Below, in pieces: positions 29,568 through 40,413 of a stretch of DNA of 64,000 bases. The stretch is taken from NCBI RefSeq assembly GCF_006345805.1, contig NC_042999.1:106020001-106084000 (forward strand), read 5' to 3'. The DNA is from Octopus sinensis (taxonomy: Eukaryota). The stretch's first letter is position 1. Each line of letters begins with the position of its first letter. The notes under the pieces were generated by a model, which searched no databases, was not told where the DNA came from, and saw nothing but the letters and a program-made list of their open reading frames with translations. Both the position numbers and the translations under genes were made by a program.

Positions 29568-29588
29568 TCAGAATGCGTTGATAAATTC
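29568..29588 (-). CDS. candidate 21-nt symmetric micro-exon
   Basis: aatttttaacag|GAATTTATCAACGCATTCTGA|gtaaga; open in phases 1 and 2. Confidence 0.45.
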   Translation of the reverse strand, partial: EFINAF

Positions 29589-29893
29589 CTGTTAAAAATT
29601 TTCTGATATCCGTCTTCATTTCTCTCACCTATCGCTTTATCTCTCTCTCCCTCCGCCCCTCTATATTTCTATCCATTTATCTATCTATCTCACTTTGGAG
29701 ACATTTTCTGACATCATCGCATCTTTGGACTGCACCAACAGATATTCACATCAGTCTTCAAACATATATTCTACTATATATATATAGAGTGAATACTTGA
29801 TAAGTGTAAGCACCTGTATATGCCAGATAGTGGCAGAGGTGAGAGAGAATTTATCAAATAAGATCAAAAACAGAACACTTTGTGGTTTCTACT

Positions 29894-29952
<59 letters not shown>

Positions 29953-30015
29953 AACCATCTTCAATTAAAGCGTTTCAAGACTCTTATACCATGCACCAAC
30001 TCTTAGCGTAACACA

Positions 30016-30048
<33 letters not shown>

Positions 30049-30049
30049 C

Positions 30050-30493
30050 GAATATAAACAAGAAGGGTAGTAATATTATTTACTACCAGGTGCCCAGCAC
30101 AAAAGACGAATTAGTCATAAGACAAAAATATTATTCATATAGAAAAATATTATTCATGTAGTTATACAATTAAGGGCTCCTAAATAAAGATGCCGAGTGC
30201 TGGGATGCCCGTGTAAATTTTGCGTCTGCGCAGAGATTTGAAAAGTTAAGATCTGCTAGTAGTCGGGTTTAACACATAGTCCCACATCGCTGCAGACCTC
30301 GATTAAATTCAGGCGACTCGCTGATGAAGCTGGCCTTAGCAAACATATTCTGTGTTTTGCTAGAAAGAAGCAGAAACCGCGGTACGAGTTGTTAAAGTTA
30401 TCGGTAAACGTTTTTGATTTTCACTCTCGATAAATTCATCCCCTTCTTGTGTTCCCAGCACTCGGCATCTTTATTTAGGAGCCCTTAATTGTA

Positions 30494-30499
<6 letters not shown>
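30050..30499 (+). mobile_element. non-coding hammerhead-bearing element (PLE pseudo-LTR/retrozyme-like) inserted in (TA)n
   Basis: (TA)n on both sides; perfect 47-bp inverted repeat 30159-30205 / 30453-30499; HHR inside. Confidence 0.7.
30312..30393 (+). ncRNA. type I hammerhead ribozyme motif
   Basis: stem I ggcgactcg/cgagttgtt (9 bp including G-U), CTGATGA 30321-30327, long stem II (tagcaaa/tttgcta), GAAA 30373-30376, palindromic stem III ACCGCGGT, predicted GUA cleavage after 30384. Confidence 0.8.
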
Positions 30500-30566
<67 letters not shown>

Positions 30567-30919
30567 ATAGATCAACAAAAGCGTTGATCTGTTACGAAAA
30601 TATGAGTATCGAATGGGGTAGTTCAACAAAATTGCAGACCTACATTGCGAACAGCATTGAGACTATACTTATCAAATATCAATCATTAAAAGCAGACTAC
30701 ATCTTCCGCATGAATAGTATCTCACCACGAAGTCAAGTCCATAACAACGGACTTTGCACAGGCAACAAATCACACCATTGCCCCGATGCGTCACTATAAA
30801 GACCAACTGTAACAGTCGATGACGAACACCAACATCGATCGTAACTTCTGTGAATAATTTCAAGAGAACAGAATAGAGTGGTGTTAGAAAACATCGATGA
30901 AGATATGAAGTTATACGGC

Positions 30920-31308
30920 TACGCCGTCACCAACCATTAGAGTGACTTCTCCAGATAATTATTCCGCGCAAAATTTGGGTTTGACAGCCATCAAAGTCAC
31001 CGACATGAAAAAAATTAGCACAGACGAAGTATTTCGAAAAGAGAAAGTATACGGAAACGAAGAGCCTACAGACACACAGACACATACACGTACACACACA
31101 TACACTCACACACACACACATACACACACATACGCACACACACACATATACATATATGTAGGCTCTTCTTCTTTTCCGTATACTTTCTCTTTTCGGAATA
31201 CTTACTATGTTTGTCCTTATTTATTTTCAAGTCGGTGTCTTTGATGGCTGACAAAACTAGAATTTGCGAGGAATTATCATCTGGGGACTCGGCACTAACG
31301 GTCAGTGG

Positions 31309-31315
<7 letters not shown>
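30920..31315. repeat. fold-back: ~150-bp diverged inverted arms (30920-31070 / 31157-31315) around a (CA)n spacer
   Basis: cgaaaagagaaagtatacggaaa...gaagagcctaca vs tgtaggctcttc...tttccgtatactttctcttttcg. Confidence 0.9.
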
Positions 31316-31356
<41 letters not shown>

Positions 31357-31489
31357 AATAAATATATTTAAGAGAAAAATTTATGGATTTTTCCCTTATG
31401 AGGTTTTTCACGCTAATTGATGATTTCTTATAAAGCCTTTATCCTGTTTTAAATTATATATATACATATATATAATATGGTCGCCATGA

Positions 31490-31682
31490 TAGGTCGTGAA
31501 CCACTACACGCATTTTTTCCTCTCCTTGTTTCTCTCCTTGTGTTTTTTCTTTGTCCCTTTCTGTAGAAGAGCGTAGGCTCGAAATGTAAAAGACTTTTTC
31601 TATTCCTGAGCGTTATACTAATAAACCTGTTTGTTTTGTACACCACCTACATTCGTCTTTTGTTTTTTTAGTAAACTCTCCC
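31490..31682 (+). mobile_element. PLE pseudo-LTR-like repeat with a degenerate hammerhead motif
   Basis: cttt-CTGTAGA-a-gagc(gtag)gctc-GAAA-TGTA-aaag at 31557-31592; shares ttcctgagcgt and downstream sequence with 2880-3050. Confidence 0.55.
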
Positions 31683-31684
31683 TA

Positions 31685-31717
<33 letters not shown>

Positions 31718-31795
31718 ATATGTATGTATATATGTATGTATATATACATATATATATATACATATATTTATATACATATATGCGTGTGTGAGTGT

Positions 31796-31837
<42 letters not shown>

Positions 31838-32913
31838 CCCATTCAATACAAACTTCAAATTTAATCCAGAGATGGTTCCAAGTGTAGCGTATGCATAGCA
31901 AGGGAGAACACAAAGGGAGGTTAAAAATACCTATCACCTGTATTTTATTCTTGCATTCTTAGATCATGGCAGAAATCCATCATCTTCAAGTAATTTCAAA
32001 CATACATATAAGTAAGGCAGAAAAGACAAGTTGACTAGGTTACTAGCCTATTTGTTGAGACATGTGAAATCTTTTAAAACTGTAAATCATATGAAGATTC
32101 CCTGTAAGACCCGTAAGGATAAATTTTAAAACTTACTTGATTTCTCAATTAGCTATCTTAGTTTACGGCCCTGGCTGGAGAATCAAGAAAGCCATAAATT
32201 ATACAATATATAGAAGGAAATATAAAAGAAAAAAGATGATGTAATTAAGGCATCTCACAAAAGGTTCAGACTGCTACACTTACCCGACATTACGACATAC
32301 AGTGTATATACTATAATAGCATCTTGAATACATACATTAAAGATATGCATATACACACATGTAGAGTTATAAGTATAATTACCTCTCCATACACGTACAC
32401 ACGGACACACACACATATGTAGGGGCACCCACACGCATATATGCGCTAGTACATACACACAAATATACTTATATACGCAGAAAAAAACATCCGTTCATCA
32501 TTGTTCTGTCTTCATTTCATTAACACTAAGATTATATAATCAATCGTATGGCTTAATCTGTATGTTTCCTGTTTTCTTTTTCTTTTTTTCTTTTTTCATT
32601 TTTATCTATTATCAACTTCTTGTTATTTATATCTCGTATATTCTGGAAGTGCTGATCGCTACATTTTATTATGATTTATTTTGATTCTTTTCTTATTGTA
32701 ATGTTTCATCAACACGTTATATAACACTAGAGTGTGTAAGCCGTGCTCATATATCTTCCCCAATATACATGTGAATGTGGAAAATATACGAGTGGATGAA
32801 TGTGTGGACATGAGCAACATGTATGTGTGTATGCGTATATCGGTATATAGGATTATACATACATAAATACATACATATACGAGTATATGTATATGCGTAC
32901 GCGTATGGGTTTC

Positions 32914-32953
<40 letters not shown>

Positions 32954-33109
32954 AAAGAATGTATGTGTATATTTTTACTTAGAGTAGTTACATATAAAAT
33001 AAACATGGATGCGTTTGCTGATCACAAGAGCAATTGATTTGGGCAAATAGAATTTTAAAATATATGTATGGATATATGTAGACAAGTGTATCTATAATGT
33101 GTTCTGAAA

Positions 33110-33706
33110 TGTTTGTTCAGGCGGTGGGAATGGTATCAAATCGCAGCTCTATTTTGACGAAATCTTAAGACCCCACATCGTGCCCTTCTTCACGCGTCAC
33201 CATATCCACGTGTTCCAGCAGGACAATGCTTCCCCCCATACGGCCATGGTTACCATGGACATCCTGCATTAACACAACATCAGAACCATGCCATGGCCGG
33301 CTCTCAGCCCGGATTTGAACCCAATTGAACACCTGCAGGATGAAATCCAGAGACAAAAAAACCAGGTGGTCCCAAGGCCGACAACTCGTGTGGAACTGGA
33401 GGCAGCTTTCCTCAGGGTGTAGGCACAGGTACCAATGGCTTTTGTGTACCGCCTCATGCAATCCATGTACAGACGGTCTATGGCCGATTTGAACACCCAA
33501 GGAGGGCATATACGGTATTGAACATGTCACGCCCTACAATCTCGATGTGCTGGATCCGCCCACTTCCAGAACACATACATAGACTGTGGTCAAACAGAAT
33601 CCAAGAAATTGACTTTAATAGATTTATCAAAATTTATCTCTGACATAAGGAAATTAAAACATATTTCACAATGACACACGTCTCGCATTTCTTTTGCGGT
33701 TCAGTG
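33110..33706 (+). mobile_element. 3' half of a Tc1-like (DD34E) transposon
   Basis: DEILRPHIVPF, FQQDNASPH and WPALSPDLNPIEHL motifs; right TIR ...cttttgcggttcagtg+TA; in-frame stops. Confidence 0.92.
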
Positions 33707-33838
33707 TAAATTGTCAAGTGCAAGAGCCTACTAATAAATTACAATATTTTTAATTAATTTCTGATATATTAAATGTTGCTTTTCAATTAATGCAAACAAA
33801 TATTCTTGAGGCAACTTGCAAGAATAATATATTTTTAC

Positions 33839-33878
33839 CTATATAATTCTCTTTGCCATTGTTTTCGGTCACAATTAT
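33839..33878 (-). CDS. candidate 40-nt exon
   Basis: atgtatttcag|...TAG|gtaaaa; open as NCDRKQWQRELY or IIVTENNGKENYI. Confidence 0.45.
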
Positions 33879-34149
33879 CTGAAATACATGGTTGTATATT
33901 TTGTATCAATATATTTGCAGACTATGAATTAAAGCAAATTGACTTTCTCTTTCATTTGTCTTTCTCTTAACCTATATACAAGCTTAATCACATCTGGTTA
34001 ATTGCAGATCGTATATATAGTCTATACACATAAATATATACATTTTTCTGTCCGTACAGATACGTTTGCGTACATATATGTATAGTCATTTATTCTTTTA
34101 TTTGTTTCAACATTGCACGTGCGATCAAACTGGAGCACCAGATTTTGCA

Positions 34150-34510
34150 TTTTCCATACCAGGCATCAGAACTCCTGCTTGAACAAGTTCCCTTGGTTGT
34201 TGACAAATTTTGGAATATGAGGGAATTTAACATTGCGGCCCATATCTGTATCGCATGCCAGGCTGTAGGTTAATCTACTATCGTGGATAGGAGGATGTCC
34301 AGTTCCCTTTTGAAGACATTTTCGTCCACATACTATACGTTTCTACATTTATTTTTCGGTAGAGCATTGAAGCGCTTTGAATCATAAGCTTTTGCGCTAT
34401 ATGGCTCTAGATGGATTGAACAGTACCTTTAGTACAATGAAATGGCGTCTAGTTTGGGCATTTGTGTAACACGCGATGTCAAAATTAGGCACTGGTATTT
34501 CCCAAATTCT
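34150..34510 (-). mobile_element. 3' end of a CR1/L2-group LINE
   Basis: rc reads VPNFDIACYTNAQTRRH...FNALPK...VDENVFKRELDILLSTIVD, a typical LINE ORF2 C-terminus (FKxxLD). Confidence 0.75.
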
Positions 34511-34698
34511 TCATATGCATATTATTACATATCTATTGTATCTTCGCTTCAGGGAATAAAGACATAGATTTTCATAGGTATATACATACATGCATACATG
34601 CATATGTACATGGACAGATAGATAAGTAGATAGATATCTACATATATATATAAGTTTATATATTTGTGCGTGTGTACGTCTGTATAAATATATGTCTA

Positions 34699-35582
34699 TC
34701 ATATAAATTGGACATGGGCGATCGTTGTATTCTTTATTGTCTTCAGGTTCATAGGCAAACGGCTGAGTGGATCCGCGTGAAAAATGACACACACGCGGGA
34801 ACCGATGCATAGATTGGAATGTGGTTTGTATTTTTGCCTAGCCCCCGTACTTACCGAGAAAATCGATTAAAACTTTTCCAGATGGAATTCCCTTCTTTGC
34901 TCCGCCATTAAAGCAACCAGCTGCTTACACAGCCGGAATATACCATTTCGCTGGCAACAAGGGGAGTACAGGATGACAGTCAGCCAAAACTTTCGCTATG
35001 TTGTCTCTCCTTTCACCTCTTTGTGGGGTTAAAAATCTTCATTTTTAGCTACAGTTTCTCACTGAACTACATAATAGGCAGAATTGTCGGATTAAGACAG
35101 TAGGGTGTTTTGAGGGAGACTTGGCTGCTATTTCTACCAGGTCTAGCTACCATGTAGAGGTCTGAACTTAATATTCATTCGCATATTTGCATTTCAAAAC
35201 TTTAGCATAATCTTTTACATAAATTAACTACACACGCACGTCCTTTTCATATATCTTCTTTCAATTTCTGCTTTCTACAAATAACATTTTACGGATACAG
35301 CTACTTACAAAAATAGGGATTAATGTATAACCTATGGTCATAATTAAATCATTGTGTGAATGATTAGACAGCGGTCCTCTAGACTATCTCTCACAAACAG
35401 ACTACGTACAAATTCGTTTTTCCCAACTCCTGAAGCTGTTTTTTGACAAGGGTGGGGGATTCAGGAAATTTTCATACAGCTGGAGGCTCCAATCAAAACA
35501 GAAGAATCGAAATAATAAGGTTGAGAAACGATCGCAGCCACATCATCCAAACAGACGGCGTGCAACCGGGCTTAGCAGCTAG
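34699..35582 (+). mobile_element. probable non-autonomous Helitron with internal insertion(s)
   Basis: A|TC start; aaacggctg..ggatc..gtgaaa motif typical of Helitron 5' regions; GC-rich subterminal ggcgtgcaaccgggc followed by CTAG|T end; no TSD. Confidence 0.55.
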
Positions 35583-35604
35583 TATATATATATAATTGAT
35601 GTCT

Positions 35605-35911
35605 AATAAAACTATTCTGCACATACAATAACAGCCATACTAACAATAAATAAATGTTGTTTGGGAACACACAATACCTTAGATATCACCACATTCATTC
35701 AAACTTATTTCTAGGAAGGATTATATACGAATTAACACATATCTATTTACCTAATTTCCTTATCCTTATAATCCAACGTAACCACAGTCAACGGAGAACT
35801 ATCAAGGTATAGTATATTATATACCAAATGGATGTATAATAAAACTATTCAATACAATAACAGCCGTACCAACAATACATAAGTTTTGTTTGGGAACACG
35901 CATACCTAAAT
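35605..35911. repeat. diverged ~78-bp direct repeat pair (35605-35684, 35837-35911)
   Basis: taataaaactattc...atacaataacagcc...tgtttgggaacac occurs twice. Confidence 0.85.
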
Positions 35912-36289
35912 TTGTATATATACATTAATTAATAGCGACAAAAACAGTATTAATGCCAAAAGGTATTATGCATGTCTCACTTAAACTAGATGTAGCGTTA
36001 GAACAATGAATACTGTTTATTTACCATGCATGGTCCTGTCATATAAACGTGTTGTGCTTAAAAGTACTCATTTCTATATCGCCGACAAGCAAAACCTGTC
36101 CATTAAAACCACTGGAACTGACTAATGCACTATTTTGTCCTATGTTAGGCTTGTCAATGACAGACGTCTAGCAATTAATATCCCCGTCAGAGAAATGTAG
36201 AATCTCATTGCATAGACAGGCACTGGTGGTAAAAATAGCAACTGGGCGCATCTAAAAGTAATTAAAAGTGACAGAAGTAGTATTAATAT

Positions 36290-36372
36290 CGGTCTCAAAT
36301 GTTGGCTCAAGGTCAGCGATTTCGGGGAAGGGGAAGAGTCGATTACATCGACTCTAATGCTGAACTGGATTC
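36290..36372 (-). mobile_element. 3' fragment of a SINE (tail type of 43214-43385)
   Basis: rc ccagttcagcattagagtcgatgtaatcgactcttccccttccccgaaatcgctgaccttgagcc. Confidence 0.65.
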
Positions 36373-36374
36373 TC

Positions 36375-37490
36375 AAAAACTATAATCTTTCTATGTCATT
36401 TGAAAATAACACCCAAGTAACTAAATTCTTAGATGTCAATCACGACTTAGGTGCGAACCTCTATTGCCCTTACCATAAATCGAATGGTTTAGAATATATC
36501 AATGTCCAATCCAATCACTCTACATGTTAAATAACCATGCACCTTACTATAAACAGGGTGACAGATTTCCAGCTACCGCGAGATCTTTTGTAGCCCCGAT
36601 ATTAAACTAAAAACAAAACTTGCATTTCTCTTTCCCAATATAGATCTTTACCCCGATAACCCTACCTCTATCACTCCACTTCCCATCAACCTGCAACTGA
36701 ATTCCCCCATACCCAGTACTCATTCGCTCTTTGGGCAGCGTCTCGGGCTAAATAATTTCAATCCTCCCCAAGCAGATCTGTCCATCACATCCCCGCTTTC
36801 TAAGCCCTCCAAGGGTAGAAAGCGGTTGATCTCATGTTTCGGGCTGCCATTCTCTCTTTAGGTTCAGTCTTTAATCAAGCCTTTTGCTTCTTTTCAAATC
36901 TGCGATTCTCCACTTCAATATAAATCCTACCCCGTCTCTTATTGATCTACTCTGCAACACCAAACTTAAGATCTATAGGTGCATCTTGTAACAGTTGCAA
37001 ACTAAACCACCTGATTGTGGATCCTACGGTTTATTCAACTGAAACCAACTTCAATCACTTGATAATAATACTAAGAAACTCAGAAACCCTGCTCACTTCA
37101 ATAATAGCAACCCCGGTTCTACCACTTCTACTACTAGCAACTCGATCACATATAACAGTGGTGACACCCTCTCCATCCCAATACTAGCAACGATAACATC
37201 TCGACGGTCCTTATTTGAGGAAAGCAGATCATATGAACCAGACCAGAATAGGGATAAATCCTAAGCCCATTGGATGGCTTTTGCATATACTATGATGTAG
37301 TATATACATTCTGGGTAAGAGCACCAAATTCCCATCTGGCTAGGATATACAACTGCAGCACTGTTGATTTGAAGCCCCGCTACCGGGCTCCCATGAATTA
37401 TTTCTTAAATTTAGCATCTAGACTCTCCACCCTACTTGCTGCATACATACACAACCTAAAGTTCCAGAATACTCCCTATACCTTATCATG
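36375..37490 (+). mobile_element. Penelope-like element fragments (RT C-terminal region to GIY-YIG remnant)
   Basis: NLSMSFENNTQVTKFLDV...PYHKSNGLEYINVQSNH (PLE FLD..PY.K..YIN..SNH motif); STLLAAYIHNLKFQNTPYTLS. Confidence 0.75.
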
Positions 37491-38132
37491 ATTTATTGTT
37501 GATATTAATAACCGGAGTATTTGTAAATTGTTCTCAAGGGAGTCGCCTGCTACATTTCGTTCACGTTACTGAATAGGTTCTATGACGTAATCCTTTTATG
37601 TAAATACAAATTATTTTCCATGTTTTCCCATTACGCAAACTTTCTATAATCTCTTCTAATTATGATTAAGTCAAAAGTTGTTACTTAGCTATGTTGGAAG
37701 CATAATCCTTCTTTTCTCATACTATCTCCATCTCTCTCTCAATCTATTCTCCTTGCAGTTTTCTACATATCTCAGTATAACTTCCTTCTACGCTACCCCA
37801 GCATTATTTCTTGAATTCTTTACTTGCCTCTCCCTGTATTTCTCTATACCCAGTTTCGGTCCTTAATCAATTTACGGCCTGCTCTTCTCAATTCTCCTCA
37901 TACCTCCTCCTCTACACCTCCCCCATTCTTTAATTAATTCCCCATCCTTTCCTATTTTTCTTCACAGCCAGCAACAATTCCTAATTGATTTAAAGTCTAC
38001 TTAGCTAATTAAAAACCTATATATCCTCTCCTTAGTATTCGGTATTTTTTATGTTCGATATAATATTTGTTTAAACATATAAATATCTCTATGCCTGTAC
38101 ATATGTGTTTATCTTCTGATTATATATTTAGT

Positions 38133-38185
<53 letters not shown>

Positions 38186-38203
38186 ATATACATATATATA
38201 TGT

Positions 38204-38523
38204 ATCACCGTGATCACCGTGATCACCGTGACCGACCAGGCTATCAGATGTTGCTACACATCGCTAGTCACAATGCGCTTCGCATTGTTTTAGCCTACAA
38301 ATGACGTCACACCGCTGGCTATGCGAGCAGGCGAACAGAAGAAAGAGAGAGACAAAGTTGTGGCGAAAGAATACAGCAGGGGTAGCCCCCCCCCCTGCCG
38401 GGGCCTCTCGGGGCTGTCGGTGTTTTCGCTCAATAAACTCTCACAACGCCCGGTCTGGGAATCAAAACCGCGATCACTATGACCGCGAGTTCGCTGCCCT
38501 AACCACTGGGCCGTTGCGCCTCC
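38204..38523 (-). mobile_element. full-length tRNA(Arg)-related SINE with a (CACGGTGAT)3 tail
   Basis: rc ggaggcgcaacggcccagtggttagggc A-box, ggttttgattccc B-box, 9-bp tandem 3' tail, abutting microsatellites; resembles Octopus OR-type SINEs. Confidence 0.88.
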
Positions 38524-38535
38524 ACACACACACTA

Positions 38536-38567
<32 letters not shown>

Positions 38568-38705
38568 ATATATGTATACAATGTATGTATGCTTACTTCT
38601 ATGTATCACATCCAATCGTGTTTAACAGTATTTAACAGTATCACTATCTCCATACCATATCAACTCAACTGGATTTCTCTTATAGTCACTTTATAACCCG
38701 TGGAT

Positions 38706-38880
38706 CTACTCCTCGATAAAGATTTGGGAGTTTAAGTACAAATCATTTAGTGCTAACATTTGGAACGTGAGAATCTTTTTAAGTAATTTAGGTTGTGTGT
38801 AGCTTTTAATGATTTTACGTATGTTTAGAATTTCCTTTAATTTGGTGTCCTTATGAAGTATTGGTAAATTTTCGCCTGAT
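38706..38880 (-). mobile_element. Penelope-like element linker fragment, opposite orientation
   Basis: NLPILHKDTKLKEILN..KIIKSYTQPKLLKKILT resembles the PLE S.RQPKNLK..LT motif. Confidence 0.7.
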
Positions 38881-38884
38881 GTGG

Positions 38885-40300
38885 ATAAATCCACAACTCC
38901 CGCCAGTCACATACTTCATATCAAATATAGTAATATTCCATATAACTTGTCATGGTTCATAATAGATTCAGAATTTTCATACCAGGGTAAACGCCCATCC
39001 TGTAAGCTTTGCCTAAAAGAGTCCTTCCACATATTAAAACACAACTCTTCAATACTATTAAATAAGTATATTGAGACCCCAGATACATGCAACCACAGCT
39101 CTTTTCATACCATCAAATTTTACTACAAATCTAAATGCAACCTAAATCACCACACAGTATATATACCGAACATCTCTTAGGTAATCTGCAAAACCTTTAT
39201 TTGACTTGCCAATGTCTTTAACTGTCAATTTTAAATTTTAATATCTTAATTGCTTTATAATACTTTTAAAATACTTTTATATATATATATATATAAACAT
39301 GTGTGTATACATACATTCATATATATATAGACACATATATATGCATTTATCTGTATGGATATAGGTACATAAGTATGCGGGCATATATAATAGCGCATAT
39401 ACACATTTTTATCTAAATGCCTACACGAGTGTGTATGACTTTCTTTTTGATACAACAGCCCCACAATCACTTTAGCTAGTACAATAAATACCTACGTCTA
39501 TTTTTAGAAAATATCTTATTATTCTTATAATTATAAGAATATCTTATTCTTCCCTTCGATTTTGACGTTTATACTCACTTTAGTACACCCCGCGCCATTT
39601 TCGTTACCTAACTCTCCACCGTAGTGTCATTAAAACATATCACTCTACATCCCAATTCTCACATATATTCCTTCCTTAATTCTTATCTCTTCCTTCTATC
39701 CCGCGCCTAGTCTTATTTCCTCCCCTATTCCTTTTGACTAATACCATTCTCCTCCTAATATATATCTATTCTATTTTCTCTATCTACTTATTCCTACCAG
39801 TACGTTCTCAAATTTTCATTCCCCCCACAAGTAATCTTCGAATGAACAGCACATTGATTTTATATCTCCAAACTCTCTCATTGTAATAAGCATATATGAC
39901 CTTATATCAGAATCTATATGCCATGGTGAAGGAGAAGTTTTACCCATTCTACACAGCACTTTCTTTGAACTGCAACTGTAGCATCCTACATATAATTTTA
40001 ATTCTATTCTTATTGTCTTATTTCCCTTTATACTTCCTATATACATCCTTTATCAAACTAATTCCTTATACTGAACTATTATTTCTCTCTAGTTAACTCT
40101 CCTATATCGTCTCAGGTGAAGAGCTATCCCTAATATCCGAAATAAGCAGTAAAACTACCCCTCTCTTTATAGATATCTTATAAATTCCACACAGACTTCA
40201 CTTTGTTGTCTCATTTTATTTAACATATACACGTTCACACAAGACCCGCATTAGACTCCTCACTCATACTATTATCGAACTGAGAGTCTAACTATGGTCC
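38885..40300 (+). mobile_element. 3' end of a Penelope-like element: GIY-YIG C-terminus, pyrimidine-rich UTR and pseudo-LTR
   Basis: STT...IPYNLSWFII...CKLCLKESFHI...LLNK...TCNH; degenerate HHR-like stretch at 40108-40156; the 3' extent is inferred. Confidence 0.75.
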
Positions 40301-40365
40301 TCCCTTAGGACTTACATAACATTACCTGCATTTTGAGTCTTCTAGCTACCAATACCGCTTATATA

Positions 40366-40413
<48 letters not shown>

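Noticed and set aside
32137-32174. Minus-strand segment with strong acceptor and donor
   Set aside because: Stops in all three frames; could only be a non-coding or poison exon, and it shows that false exon signals occur here
32284-32310. 27-nt symmetric exon candidate with GG|gtaagt donor
   Set aside because: Poor polypyrimidine tract; not needed for frame continuity
38440-38523. tRNA-like sequence (also 10038-10110)
   Set aside because: Heads of SINEs continuing into core and tail; no complete cloverleaf, so not tRNA genes
39520-39541. 22-bp perfect AT-rich palindrome
   Set aside because: Low-complexity local duplication; no functional context
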